Positions 17,910-28,182 are shown, counted from the first letter of the stretch. The stretch is 64,000 bases of DNA from Candidatus Enterousia sp. (GCA_045654485.1 JAZONN010000023.1:23305-87304), one strand, 5' to 3'. A program made the numbers and translations. Notes: a model not told the origin generated them from the sequence alone.

Positions 17910-20198
17910 ATGATATTAAGAATTTTTGCAACTGTTTTGGCTTTGGTTCCAGGTGTGGCGTTTTCCGCTGTGCGTGGTGAAGATGCGCGTGTAAGTGTTC
18001 AGCGTGTGTCTATGGCGGGGGTTCGTGGTCCCAATATTTCTAAGACATTGCATACGTCGTCTGGTGTTGATGATGTTGTGAAAGACGATGTATCTGGTGA
18101 TAATTCAGATGCGGGTGATGATGTCGGTGGTGATTCGGGCGGTGGAAATACCGATGGTGGTGATTCTAGTGGCGGTAATGATTCTGGTAACGATAATGAA
18201 ACTGGGGATGGTTCCGGTGTTGTTGGTGGTTTGTGTGATCGTGAAATGTATCGAACTTGCATGGATGAATTTTGTTTGATGGATGAAAGTGATGGTGGAC
18301 GTTGTTCTTGTTCGGATAATATCTATGCGGCAGATGCGATTGTTGCAGAGATTCAATCGATTCAATCCAAAGCGGATAAAATGTACACCGAACAGGTTGA
18401 ACGTGAAAAGTTGGGTGCAAACGCTGATTATATTTTTGAGGCAAATGAAACAGAAGAAGTGGTAGCTCAGAAAAAAAGTTTTAGTTCCAGCGATTTGTTG
18501 GCTGATATTTTTGCAACAGATGTTTTGACGGATGAAGAAGAAGTTGTGACACAGTCGCCAGATTTGTCTGCAGATGATATGATTGGTGATGTGTTGTATA
18601 ATAGTGCATATGAATATTGTTCGTCGTCTTATTTGGGGGCGTGTACATCTGCGGTTCGTAATGCGGAAACTATGTTGTATTCTCGTTCGATTACGGCGGA
18701 TTGTAAGGCGTATGATTCTTATTTGGCAGATCAAAAGCGTACAGCCGAAGCCAATGTAAAGACGGCCGAGGCGGCGGTTCGTGCTGCACGTTTGTCTGTG
18801 TTCGGTTCGACAAATAAGTACAATCGTGGTGAATGCTTGTTGGCGTATCGTTCGTGTATCGCAGATAAAGGTGGCTGCGGGACGCATTTTGAAAATTGTT
18901 TGAGTGATTCTTTATTGTCACGTCGTGCAAATGCATGTGAAGATATCTTGAATCAATGTGTGGCAGTTCGTGCCGATGTTGAAAAAGATTGGAAAGAAGA
19001 AAAAGAAATGGTGTTGAATGATGCTGCAAAATTTGCATCACGTAATGCACGTCAGATGTGTTTGGCAAATATGCAGGCCTGTTTAGAAGATAATTGTTCG
19101 ATTGCGACAAATTCTGATTGTTTGGGTAATGTTGATGTTGCGATGAAAATCTGTCCGGTTAGTGAAATTTGTGTTGTTCAATTGCCTGGTACATCAGATG
19201 CGGTAAAAATTAGCGGATTATGGGGTGGGGCATCCGAAATAGAGTTTGAAAATACATTAAAAGTGCCAATTCAAAATAAATTGAAATACCTGCGTACGAA
19301 ATTCTGTCAAAATGATGTTTCAAAATGTTTGCAGGAAAAATGTGGTGCGGACTTTACAGCGCCGGAATGTTTGGGCAAGAAATCATCGGCTTTGGTTGCA
19401 ATGTGTCCACAAAATTCAATCTTGTCTTGTGCAGGGGTTAGTGGTTCTGACTTTGAATTGTTGATTAGTTCTGCGACATTGAAAATGGACTATCAAATTA
19501 TGCAGGGTTGTATAAATCATTTTGGTGAACAATTGGGGCGTGTTTGTGGTACGGATATGTCTTGTTTACCATCTGATGATATTGTTATGGGGATGTCTGA
19601 AATGCCAGAAGACATTGTGGCTGCTCGTAAAGAATTGATTAAAAGAACACAGAAAAGTGTTGAATCGTTCTTTAAGGATTTTGAAAAGGATAAGACGATA
19701 GAGGCCTGTGCGTCTTTGGATGGGGCTTTGGGTGACAAAGTATTTATGAGTGCACGTAAGGTTGCAGAAATTGGTGCAGAAAATCGTGCGTTGCGTCAAT
19801 TAGAGGATAAAATTGCAGAACTGTCACGTAAACAGGATTTGGCCAAAGCCGAAGCAAATTGCTATGCAATGTATGCTGTTGAAACACCGGATGAATCGGA
19901 AAAGAATTATAGCTATATCCGTAGTGTAGTGTTTGAGCCGGATTTGCGCAATTGTCATGTATGCCGTATGCAACAGGTTTGTGAAGAAGGTGGTGAATCT
20001 AAATGGACGTCGGCATTAAAGTCGGCTGCGGGCGGTTTGACAGCGGGTGCATCGGCGGGCACTATGATTTCTCCGGGGTGGGGGACCGCAATTGGTGGTG
20101 TCGTTACCGCGGTAGGTGCCGGTATAGTCGGGGCGCAGGCCGGTGGAAAAGAGGATTTCTGTCAAGAAATCGAAAGTTGTGAAGACGTAAATATGTAA
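17910..20198 (+). CDS. Giant secreted Cys-rich protein, family member (D/G/S-rich acidic linker; N-module LCDREMYRTCMDEFCLMDESDGGRCSCSD)
   Basis: about 762 aa from ATG 17910; signal peptide MILRIFATVLALVPGVAFSA; about 45 Cys; C-terminal Gly-zipper-like hydrophobic segment. Confidence 0.65.
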   Translation: MILRIFATVLALVPGVAFSAVRGEDARVSVQRVSMAGVRGPNISKTLHTSSGVDDVVKDDVSGDNSDAGDDVGGDSGGGNTDGGDSSGGNDSGNDNETGDGSGVVGGLCDREMYRTCMDEFCLMDESDGGRCSCSDNIYAADAIVAEIQSIQSKADKMYTEQVEREKLGANADYIFEANETEEVVAQKKSFSSSDLLADIFATDVLTDEEEVVTQSPDLSADDMIGDVLYNSAYEYCSSSYLGACTSAVRNAETMLYSRSITADCKAYDSYLADQKRTAEANVKTAEAAVRAARLSVFGSTNKYNRGECLLAYRSCIADKGGCGTHFENCLSDSLLSRRANACEDILNQCVAVRADVEKDWKEEKEMVLNDAAKFASRNARQMCLANMQACLEDNCSIATNSDCLGNVDVAMKICPVSEICVVQLPGTSDAVKISGLWGGASEIEFENTLKVPIQNKLKYLRTKFCQNDVSKCLQEKCGADFTAPECLGKKSSALVAMCPQNSILSCAGVSGSDFELLISSATLKMDYQIMQGCINHFGEQLGRVCGTDMSCLPSDDIVMGMSEMPEDIVAARKELIKRTQKSVESFFKDFEKDKTIEACASLDGALGDKVFMSARKVAEIGAENRALRQLEDKIAELSRKQDLAKAEANCYAMYAVETPDESEKNYSYIRSVVFEPDLRNCHVCRMQQVCEEGGESKWTSALKSAAGGLTAGASAGTMISPGWGTAIGGVVTAVGAGIVGAQAGGKEDFCQEIESCEDVNM

Positions 20199-20220
20199 TT
20201 TGTAGTAATAGAGAGAGAAT

Positions 20221-22704
20221 ATGCGTAAGAATAGTTTTTTGTTTGTGTGTTTGTGTTGTGCACTGGGGTTTCTCCCAGTGCATAATGCGTTTTCGGCCAC
20301 GCCAAAGAAGGCGGTAAAGCAATCTGCAATTCAAAAAGGAACATCGGTTCGTGTGAAAAGCGAAGCCGTCGGTATTTATGATGAAGATTGTTATAGCGCA
20401 TATTATGGATGTATGGATCAGTTTTGTATTTCAGATAATGAAAGCGGTGGTAGTTGTATTTGTAGCGATGCGTATGCCGGTTATGAGGCGCAGTTAAATG
20501 CAATCAAGGAACAGTTGATTGAAGCAGAACGCATTTCAACGGTCGAGGTTGAAAAAGTAAAGGCAGGTGCCGATGCTGATATTATTTTTACCGGACAAAG
20601 ACAGTATGATAAAAAGGGAAATCTTTTAAGTTTAGATGAAGTAGAAGGTAAAAAATCTGTTGGATTATTGGCTTTGTGGGATGATGCCGTCGAAGAGGAA
20701 GAGGGAGACGAAGATTACGATTCCATTTTCTATGGTGATGATTTGGATGGTTTGACCGGTAATGCTTTGCATAGTGCAGCCCAAGAATTATGTGTTGCGC
20801 AGTTGCCAGATAAATGTGAAGGTGATGTCAGTTTGTTGGCAAGTATGTATTCACGACAGATTGTATCTGACTGCAAGGGTTTGGAAAATAGTTTGCTTCA
20901 AAAACAGGCGACCGCTGATTTGGAAATGTCAAAGGCTGAATCGGCTGTGCGTGCCGCTTTACAGGAAAGTTTAAGCGAATCCAACAAATACACTTTGGGT
21001 GAGTGTATGGTTGAATTCAAAAAATGTATGCGTGGGGCGGATGCATGCGGTACCGATTGGGAACATTGTGTTGGTCAGGTTGCCAGTGAAAATATGCAAA
21101 AATCTTCTTTGCGTGGTAAATCGTATGGTTCAAAGTCGGCATATAATATTACCGAATCTACGATGGAGACATTAGAGGCAAAACGACCAATTTGTGAACG
21201 TGTTCTGTCCAGTTGTGTTGCCGTGCGTGATAATGTGTGGCCGTCGTTCTTAAAGGAAGTGGCACCAACAATTCAATTGGCCGAATCACACATTGAATCG
21301 CGTTTCCGTCAAAGTTGTTTAACGGATATTTCAAATTGTATACATACCGCATGTAAAGATGATATTGCCGGAAAAGGTGTTGCGACAATGGATTCGTGTT
21401 TGGCATATCCGGAAATGGCACGCAGTTTCTGTAAAGTTGAATTGGAACCATGCGAAAAAATGGAACCATTAATTTGGAACTATGTGACCGATAAATTGGC
21501 GGCTATGCGTGTGGATGCATGTACGCAAGAGGTCAAAGATTGTTTTACACATGAATCCAGATGTGGGGAAAATTTCCAGAATTGTATCGGTATTGATTTT
21601 GAACATATCCATGATATGTGTCCGGTTGACAGTTTGGTTGTCTGTAAACAGGGAAATCAGGATTTCAATTTGGATGATTTAGACAAAATGTTGATGGGGC
21701 TGTATTTGAATATCGATACAACCTTGGCGGACCAATGTCAGGAAATTGTTGATAATAAAATGATGGAGATTTGTGGCAGTACAACAGATTGTAACAAATT
21801 TGCATCCGATGATACGATTGGTACCGGTTCTTTGCGTTCACAAAAAGATGGTATCGTGTATCGTTTGACGGGGATGATATCATTTGGTTCTATTCAGGTT
21901 GGTAATGCCAGTGACTATGACCCAAAATCCAGTATTTCAAATCAATTAAAGCCCGGCGAAATTGGCGTGGCAGAATATCTGAAAAAGATTAAAGAGGTAA
22001 ATTCAGATGTGCCAAACCATGAAGGTATTATTTCGGCGATTGAAGAAGAATTGAATAATATCGCGGGTACGATTAATCGTACGATTGAAATGATAGAGCA
22101 GGATCAAAAAATTCAGCACTGTATCCATGGCCGTAATTTAGAGCAGGTTACAGGTGATAAAAAGGATGTTACCACGGGACGTTTCCCAAATCTGTTGAAT
22201 CAAATAAAGATGCAGATTGCGGTTGCGGCTTTGCGTCAGGCCCAAGATAACTATAATGCCAAATGGAACGAAATGTTGGCGGCGGCAAACCATGATGCGT
22301 CTGCGGACGTGGCGCAGTATATGTGTCAAAAAATGGCAGAAAATGCCGCCACCACTTTGACCACTCAAACAAATGGTTTGACACCTCCGTATGCCATCAG
22401 TTATGAAGTTGGGTCGGGATTAAATGTTAATGATTTAACCATTGGTGGACATTCTGTGACCGATTTGGGGCAGACCACTTATAAAAATGATGGCTATCTG
22501 GGGAAATCCAGTGGTACATTTGGGGCTGGTACCAAAGAAACCACGGCGACATTTAATCGTGAAGCCAGAGTTTGTCATTTGTGCACTACGATTATTACCC
22601 AGTCGTGTAAAACAACGGGCAGTAAATCTTGGTTCCATAATAACAGAAATACGTCTTGTACAACTGCGGAACCAATCCAGAAGTGTGAAGATATACCAAT
22701 GTAA
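20221..22704 (+). CDS. Giant secreted Cys-rich protein, family member (N-module EDCYSAYYGCMDQFCISDNESGGSCICSD)
   Basis: 827 aa; 22 bp after the preceding paralogue (co-transcribed); RBS agagagag. Confidence 0.65.
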   Translation: MRKNSFLFVCLCCALGFLPVHNAFSATPKKAVKQSAIQKGTSVRVKSEAVGIYDEDCYSAYYGCMDQFCISDNESGGSCICSDAYAGYEAQLNAIKEQLIEAERISTVEVEKVKAGADADIIFTGQRQYDKKGNLLSLDEVEGKKSVGLLALWDDAVEEEEGDEDYDSIFYGDDLDGLTGNALHSAAQELCVAQLPDKCEGDVSLLASMYSRQIVSDCKGLENSLLQKQATADLEMSKAESAVRAALQESLSESNKYTLGECMVEFKKCMRGADACGTDWEHCVGQVASENMQKSSLRGKSYGSKSAYNITESTMETLEAKRPICERVLSSCVAVRDNVWPSFLKEVAPTIQLAESHIESRFRQSCLTDISNCIHTACKDDIAGKGVATMDSCLAYPEMARSFCKVELEPCEKMEPLIWNYVTDKLAAMRVDACTQEVKDCFTHESRCGENFQNCIGIDFEHIHDMCPVDSLVVCKQGNQDFNLDDLDKMLMGLYLNIDTTLADQCQEIVDNKMMEICGSTTDCNKFASDDTIGTGSLRSQKDGIVYRLTGMISFGSIQVGNASDYDPKSSISNQLKPGEIGVAEYLKKIKEVNSDVPNHEGIISAIEEELNNIAGTINRTIEMIEQDQKIQHCIHGRNLEQVTGDKKDVTTGRFPNLLNQIKMQIAVAALRQAQDNYNAKWNEMLAAANHDASADVAQYMCQKMAENAATTLTTQTNGLTPPYAISYEVGSGLNVNDLTIGGHSVTDLGQTTYKNDGYLGKSSGTFGAGTKETTATFNREARVCHLCTTIITQSCKTTGSKSWFHNNRNTSCTTAEPIQKCEDIPM

Positions 22705-22705
22705 G

Positions 22706-22731
22706 AAAACGGGGTGAATCCCCGTTTTTTA
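22706..22731 (+). terminator. Intrinsic terminator
   Basis: cgggg-tgaat-ccccg + T6. Confidence 0.6.
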
Positions 22732-22808
22732 TTTTGGAAAATATTCTTGGACAAATATATATAATCATATGTTATAATGATTTTCAGATATAACAAAAAG
22801 GAGTTAAT

Positions 22809-23183
22809 ATGAAGAAAATTTCAATATTTTCGATTGTTGGTGCTTTGATGGCAACTGCGGCATCTGCAGAATTTGTAGAGGCGGTATCTGTCACAACAGG
22901 GCCGGGTGGTTTTATAGAAAATGAAAATGTCGTTGTTTCTGTTAAACAGGCCAAAGAAATGCGTGATGAAGTGCCGGTTGTTGTCGAAGGTTTTATCATA
23001 AAACGTTTGGGCGATGAAGAATATTTGTTCGAAGATATGTCAGATTCCATTGTTGTGGAAATTGATGATGACGATTGGCGTGGTCAAAATATCACACCAA
23101 CTGACAAGGTTAGATTGCGTGGTGATGTAGATAAAGGTTTGTTTACAACCGAAATCGAAGTTGACTATGTAGAAAAAATTTAA
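22809..23183 (+). CDS. Periplasmic BOF (YgiW/YdeI, OB-fold) family protein
   Basis: 124 aa, signal peptide, …VVVEGFIIKRLGDEEYLFEDMSDSIVVEIDDDDWRGQNITPTDKVRLRGDVDKGLFTTEIEVDYVEKI typical of BOF family; aaaggag RBS. Confidence 0.6.
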   Translation: MKKISIFSIVGALMATAASAEFVEAVSVTTGPGGFIENENVVVSVKQAKEMRDEVPVVVEGFIIKRLGDEEYLFEDMSDSIVVEIDDDDWRGQNITPTDKVRLRGDVDKGLFTTEIEVDYVEKI

Positions 23184-23185
23184 CA

Positions 23186-23211
23186 TAAACCGCCATTTGG
23201 CGGTTTTTTTA
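23186..23211 (+). terminator. Intrinsic terminator
   Basis: ccgcc-atttg-gcgg + T7. Confidence 0.5.
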
Positions 23212-23246
23212 TGGCGGTTAAATGCCAAAGTTGTAATAATGGGTGT

Positions 23247-23897
23247 ATGAAGTTGGAATCCGAAGGTGTTTTAATTGGTTTACGCCCATTTAATGAACGT
23301 GATGTGATTGCACGTGTTTTTACACGTGATTATGGTGTGGTGGTTGGTGTTATTCGTGGTGGTGTGGTGGCTAAAAAAAATCGTCCTTTGATTGGACAGT
23401 GCGGCAATGCAATCTGGAATGCACGTTTGGATTCTATGCTTGGTACATTTCATTGGGAAATAGATAAAAATTTATCTGTGCCATTGATGGGTAATGTGGT
23501 GGCTTTAAATTATATGAATTCGGCTTTTGATTTGTTGGCTACGTTGTTGCCAGAACGTGAAAAATATGATTCTTTATATTACAATACTATTGATGTTTTG
23601 AATAATATGTGTTCTGATGCAGATCTTGCATATTTGCATTGGGAAATTGCATTGTTGCGAGAATTGGGATACGCATTGGATTTGTCTGCCTGTTCGGGGT
23701 GTGGAACACATGAATGTCTAAATTATTTATCACCCCGTACGGGAAGGGCGGTGTGTGATGCCTGTGCAGGGCCATATCTTAATCGTTTATATAGATTGCC
23801 TTTAAATTTAAACACGACATTGTCTTTTATAGAAGGTATTTGTTTGCAGCAGGGTGTGGACGTTCCTTTGATGCGCAAGATGATAAAAAAAATGTAA
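23247..23897 (+). CDS. recO: DNA repair protein RecO
   Basis: MKLESEGVLIGLRPFNERDVIARVFTRDYGVV… OB-fold N-term and Cys4 zinc motif CSGCG…CDAC; start moved to ATG after terminator. Confidence 0.78.
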   Translation: MKLESEGVLIGLRPFNERDVIARVFTRDYGVVVGVIRGGVVAKKNRPLIGQCGNAIWNARLDSMLGTFHWEIDKNLSVPLMGNVVALNYMNSAFDLLATLLPEREKYDSLYYNTIDVLNNMCSDADLAYLHWEIALLRELGYALDLSACSGCGTHECLNYLSPRTGRAVCDACAGPYLNRLYRLPLNLNTTLSFIEGICLQQGVDVPLMRKMIKKM

Positions 23898-23973
23898 AAA
23901 TGTGTAATTATTTCTTGCACTTTATTTGGGGCTTTGCTATTGTTTGTTCGTTCAACATACAAAGGAGAAAATA

Positions 23974-24798
23974 ATGACTTGGACAATCTTGGTATTGGTA
24001 TTGGCTGTCGCTTTGTTTATGTTTGGTGGCGTTATGTTCAAACAGGATGCTAAAAAAACATCTGCAGGTGCGAAGTATGCTAAAAAGGCAGTTAAATTGG
24101 TTTCTGTCTTGTTGATTGCGGGCTGCGTTTGCCGTCTGTACACACCATATTATCTGACATCTGTTAATCCATTAATCTTGCAAGAAATGGTTGATGGTAT
24201 GCAGGCAAAACAAAACGAAGAAAAAAATAAAGCTATCCGTAAATATGTTCGCAACAATGCGGATGTTATGATGGCTGATGCACCAATTTTGGGTAATCCA
24301 GAAGCAAAGAAAACAATCTATGTTTGGACTGCGGCTTCTTGTGGTTATTGCCGTCGCGTACACGGTGAATTGGAAAGCGTTTTGGCAAATCGTGATGACG
24401 TGAAAGTTGTTATTAAAAACTTCTCTATCCATGGTGTAAATTCTGATGCACCTGCACGTGCAATGATTGCTGCAAAAATCCAAGACAATGCAAAAGCCGC
24501 AAAATTGGTTGATATGATCATGACACGTGAATATCGTCCAACAGAAAACATCCAAGATCCAAAGAAATTGGGTGCTGCAATTGAAAAGAAAGTTTTGGAA
24601 TTTGCAAAAGAAGCAGATTTGGACGTAGAACAATTGAAGAAAGATATGAACGGCGAAGTTGTTGCACGTGAAATGGCAAACGTTCGTGATTTGGCACAAA
24701 AGTTTGAAATCTCAGGTACACCTTTCTTGATTATCAATGAAGAAGCGTTCCCAGGTGCTATCCCAGCTGCACATATCAATGAAGCGTTGGATAAATAA
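23974..24798 (+). CDS. DsbA-family thiol:disulfide oxidoreductase with N-terminal membrane anchor
   Basis: aaaggag RBS 8 nt upstream; TM helix; thioredoxin fold with CGYC active site (…WTAASCGYCRRVHGEL…). Confidence 0.7.
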   Translation: MTWTILVLVLAVALFMFGGVMFKQDAKKTSAGAKYAKKAVKLVSVLLIAGCVCRLYTPYYLTSVNPLILQEMVDGMQAKQNEEKNKAIRKYVRNNADVMMADAPILGNPEAKKTIYVWTAASCGYCRRVHGELESVLANRDDVKVVIKNFSIHGVNSDAPARAMIAAKIQDNAKAAKLVDMIMTREYRPTENIQDPKKLGAAIEKKVLEFAKEADLDVEQLKKDMNGEVVAREMANVRDLAQKFEISGTPFLIINEEAFPGAIPAAHINEALDK

Positions 24799-24813
24799 TA
24801 TCTGTCAGATATA

Positions 24814-24840
24814 TAAATCCCCCGTTCGGGGGATTTTTTG
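24814..24840 (+). terminator. Intrinsic terminator
   Basis: ccccc-gttc-ggggg + T6. Confidence 0.6.
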
Positions 24841-24911
24841 TTTGCCATTTTGCCATTTGTGGGCTATATTTTTGACTCGTGTATCATAAATTTGATAATT
24901 GACTTTTATTA

Positions 24912-24920
24912 TGGTATAAT
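24912..24920 (+). promoter_or_regulatory. Extended -10 promoter element (TGgTATAAT) upstream of clpP
   Basis: TGGTATAAT 24912-24920, 33 nt before ATG. Confidence 0.3.
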
Positions 24921-24952
24921 CGGACAGATAGTTAAACATAAGGATTTGTATC

Positions 24953-25534
24953 ATGGCTTTAATTCCAATGGTTATCGAAGAATCTCCACGTGGTGAACGT
25001 TCTTTTGATATTTATTCACGTTTGTTGCGTGATCGTATTATTGTTGTTGGGGGTGAAATTGAACCCAATATGGCAAATAGTATTGTTGCACAATTGTTGT
25101 TCTTGGAATCAGAAAACCCAAATGCGGATATTTCTATGTATATAAATAGTCCCGGGGGCGACGTGTCGGCCGGTTGGGCGATTATGGATACTATGCAGTA
25201 TATCAAGGCGCCTGTATCAACAATTGGTATGGGGTTGGTTGCGTCTATGGGGTCTGTACTGTTGGCCGCCGGTGAAAAAGGTAAACGTTTTGTTTTGCCA
25301 AATACGCAGGTTATGATTCATCAACCTTTGGCCGGTGCACGTGGTCAGATTACGGATATGGAAATTCAAATGGCGCAGTATCAAAAAAATAAACAGACGT
25401 TGATAAAACAAATGTCTGAATTTACAGGGCGTAAAGAAAAAGAACTTTTTGATGCAATGGAACGCGATAATTGGATGGATCCGGGCGAAGCGAAAAAATT
25501 CGGATTGATTGATGGTATTTTGGAACGTAAATAA
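24953..25534 (+). CDS. clpP: ATP-dependent Clp protease proteolytic subunit ClpP
   Basis: 193 aa; [23 protein letters not shown] (Ser), MIHQP (His), …[11 protein letters not shown] (Asp) triad motifs. Confidence 0.95.
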   Translation: MALIPMVIEESPRGERSFDIYSRLLRDRIIVVGGEIEPNMANSIVAQLLFLESENPNADISMYINSPGGDVSAGWAIMDTMQYIKAPVSTIGMGLVASMGSVLLAAGEKGKRFVLPNTQVMIHQPLAGARGQITDMEIQMAQYQKNKQTLIKQMSEFTGRKEKELFDAMERDNWMDPGEAKKFGLIDGILERK

Positions 25535-25552
25535 TTCTGCAGGATTTGAGAG

Positions 25553-26812
25553 ATGAGTGACGATAAAACACCAAAAACAGAAAATAATCAGCAGTTTTGC
25601 AGTTTTTGTGGCAAAGCGGTTTATGAAGTAAAAAAATTGGTTAGTGGGCGTAACGTCTGTATTTGCGATGAATGTATTAATCTGTGTAATGATATTATGG
25701 CGGATGATAATCGTCGTGAAATTAGCAAGGATGTGGCAAAGTTGCCAACCCCATCCCAAATTTATAACTTCTTGAACGAATACATTATTGGTCAAGATAC
25801 TGCAAAACGTACTTTGGCGGTGGCGGTTTATAATCACTTTAAACGTCATACGGTGGCGGCATCTTCTGATGTGGAAATTCAAAAATCTAATGTGTTGTTG
25901 ATTGGGTCAACGGGTACGGGTAAAACGCTGTTTGCTCAAACTTTGGCACGTATCTTGGATGTGCCATTTGCGATTGCGGATGCAACCACTTTGACCGAGG
26001 CCGGATATGTTGGTGATGATGTTGAAAGTGTTTTGACACGTTTGTTGCAAAATGCAAATTTTGATGTGGAACGTGCCAGCCGTGGTATTATTTATATCGA
26101 CGAAATTGATAAGATTTCACGTAAATCTGAAAATCCATCTTTGACACGAGATGTATCGGGTGAGGGTGTTCAACAGGCATTGTTGAAATTAATAGAAGGT
26201 ACCGTTGCAAATGTTCCGGCCGGTGGGGCGGGGCGTAAGCATCCGGGTGAAGCGACCGTTCAGTTGGATACCAGCAAAATTTTATTTATCTGTGGTGGTG
26301 CATTTGATGGATTGAATAAAATTATTGGCAATCGTACATGTGAACGTCGTGGAATTGGGTTTGGTGCACATGTGGAATCGGCCGAAGAACGCAAAAATAA
26401 GAATTTCTTGGCAGATGTTGAACCAGAAGATTTGGTAAAATTTGGAATCATTCCAGAATTGATTGGTCGTTTGCCGGTTATTACAACATTGCAAGAATTG
26501 GACGAAGACGCATTGGTTAAGATTTTGACAGAGCCAAAAAATGCTGTTGTTAAACAATTTGCTGCTATGTTGGGTATGGATGATGTTAAATTGAATATTA
26601 CCGATGATGGTTTGCGTGCAATTGCAAAGATGGCTGTGGCACGTAAGACCGGTGCACGTGGATTGCGTAGTATTTTGGAACGTATCTTGATGCAACCTAT
26701 GTTTGATGCACCAGATAAAGAAGATTTAGCAGAAATTGTTATTGATGCGGATGTCGTAGATGGTAAAAAGGCGCCCGTTGAGATATTAAAGGAAGCTAAA
26801 AAGGCCGCATAA
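25553..26812 (+). CDS. clpX: ATP-dependent Clp protease ATP-binding subunit ClpX
   Basis: C4 zinc finger CSFCGK…CICDEC, Walker [31 protein letters not shown], sensor motifs. Confidence 0.95.
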   Translation: MSDDKTPKTENNQQFCSFCGKAVYEVKKLVSGRNVCICDECINLCNDIMADDNRREISKDVAKLPTPSQIYNFLNEYIIGQDTAKRTLAVAVYNHFKRHTVAASSDVEIQKSNVLLIGSTGTGKTLFAQTLARILDVPFAIADATTLTEAGYVGDDVESVLTRLLQNANFDVERASRGIIYIDEIDKISRKSENPSLTRDVSGEGVQQALLKLIEGTVANVPAGGAGRKHPGEATVQLDTSKILFICGGAFDGLNKIIGNRTCERRGIGFGAHVESAEERKNKNFLADVEPEDLVKFGIIPELIGRLPVITTLQELDEDALVKILTEPKNAVVKQFAAMLGMDDVKLNITDDGLRAIAKMAVARKTGARGLRSILERILMQPMFDAPDKEDLAEIVIDADVVDGKKAPVEILKEAKKAA

Positions 26813-26816
26813 AGGA

Positions 26817-26841
26817 AAAACCCGCATTCGCGGGTTTTTTA
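26817..26841. terminator. Bidirectional intrinsic terminator after clpX
   Basis: cccgc-attc-gcggg + T6, A-run upstream. Confidence 0.6.
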
Positions 26842-27171
26842 ATGTGCGTATAGGTGTAATATTATGCTGGCTATAAACAATATTGTGATGATGCTTAATA
26901 TAATTTTTTGTGTTTTATGACTAGATTTATTGTGGCATGTATCGCATGTGCATTTACAATCACGTACAATTAGATACCATGAAGTAATTAGCATAATGCC
27001 AGATAATATGAATAGCCACGGTTCAGCCCAGTGGGGTAATATGTGAAAATGGGCGGCGTCGGGTGCAATTAGTCCGACTATTGCCATTAATATTGGTAGG
27101 CCACAGCAGAATATGTGTGGTGCAATTGTTGCGATAATTCCAATTTTAATTGCACGATTTTTCATTTCCAT
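26839..27171 (-). CDS. Small integral membrane protein with MerT-like Cys motifs (CC in TM1, CKCTCDTCH loop)
   Basis: 110 aa, 3-4 predicted TM helices; resemblance to MerT is motif-level only. Confidence 0.35.
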   Translation of the reverse strand: MEMKNRAIKIGIIATIAPHIFCCGLPILMAIVGLIAPDAAHFHILPHWAEPWLFILSGIMLITSWYLIVRDCKCTCDTCHNKSSHKTQKIILSIITILFIASIILHLYAH

Positions 27172-27270
27172 CCTCTTTTATTTGTGGGTTGATTATAAAC
27201 TTTTTTTTATCTTTGTAAAATAATTAATATTGTTGACATTGTTCTTATTTGTGTTAACTTTGATTAAGCT

Positions 27271-28182
27271 ATGTTTAAGAAGAAAGCTATTAAAATTTCA
27301 TCATCATATTCATTTCAGGATAATGCGCCTGTTTATCTGTTTTCCAATGAAAATATTACGGATCAATTGCGTGTTTTAGGTGATTTTGGTGGTAAACGTG
27401 TTTTGAGTGTCGGCGCATCGGGGGATCATGCATTTGGTGCATATATGGCGGGGGCGGCGCATGTAGATACATTTGATATTAATTCGTTGCAACGTGCGGT
27501 TATGGATTTGAAAACCATAATGGTGCATCATGTGTCGTATGAAAATTTTATGGATTTCTTTTTTGATTCACGTCAATTTTTTAATATGCGTATTTTATCA
27601 CAGATTGAAGCCAAAATCCCAAACAATGTACAACGTATGTTAAATGATTATAAGTTACGTGGTAAAAATGTCTTTAAATATGAAGCAGGGCAGAATGCAT
27701 CATATTCAACGGCGAATATTCCATATCTTATGAATAAAAAAAGTTATATGAATTTGCGTAGAGTTTTGCCACGTAGAATTCCATTTGTTCATACCGATAT
27801 GCGTGATATTAAATCGCCTTTTCCCGATGTGACGGGGGCGCCGGGGGCCAAGTATGATGTGATATTATTGTCGAATATATATGATTATGTTGTTCCGTCA
27901 TCTGGTGTGTTGGCCCAAGAAGAAAATATGAAATATTTTTATCATGAAATATTAGATCCAATGGCACGTCGTTTGTTGGTGCGTGATGGTGGGTGTATAG
28001 TGTTTCGGTATATGTGGGCGTCATCACCGGTGGCGTGGCGGAACTATATAGATATGGTCGTATCAAATATGATTGGAAATTCCGCATTAAAGCCATACAA
28101 ACATACAATACATATTCGATCGTTTCCATCAAATCAGAAAGGTTGCGATTGGGATAGTGTGTTATTCTTAAAGCAGCGATAA
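27271..28182 (+). CDS. Hypothetical protein, possible SAM-dependent methyltransferase-like (DUF3419/BtaA-like) fold
   Basis: 303 aa; G-rich motif VLSVGASGDHAFGA reminiscent of MTase motif I; weak RBS; assignment tentative. Confidence 0.35.
   Translation: MFKKKAIKISSSYSFQDNAPVYLFSNENITDQLRVLGDFGGKRVLSVGASGDHAFGAYMAGAAHVDTFDINSLQRAVMDLKTIMVHHVSYENFMDFFFDSRQFFNMRILSQIEAKIPNNVQRMLNDYKLRGKNVFKYEAGQNASYSTANIPYLMNKKSYMNLRRVLPRRIPFVHTDMRDIKSPFPDVTGAPGAKYDVILLSNIYDYVVPSSGVLAQEENMKYFYHEILDPMARRLLVRDGGCIVFRYMWASSPVAWRNYIDMVVSNMIGNSALKPYKHTIHIRSFPSNQKGCDWDSVLFLKQR

Noticed and set aside
18105-18887. 260-aa minus-strand ORF (and similar opposite-strand or alternate-frame ORFs at 4691-5245, 6350-7174, 1324-1851, 24345-24848, 36692-37003)
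   Set aside because: They lie fully inside well-supported genes on the other strand or frame, have biased low-complexity composition, and have no start context. They are typical shadow ORFs.
24841-24870. Sigma32-type promoter for clpP (TTTG-N19-CTATATT)
   Set aside because: Spacing and -35 do not fit CTTG-N17-18-CYTATNT. The extended -10 TGGTATAAT closer to the gene is a better candidate.
26839-27171. Calling the 110-aa membrane protein MerT (mercury transporter)
   Set aside because: Only the CC-in-TM1 and a cytoplasmic Cys cluster are shared. No merP, merA or merR are nearby, so it is kept as a generic small membrane protein with MerT-like motifs.
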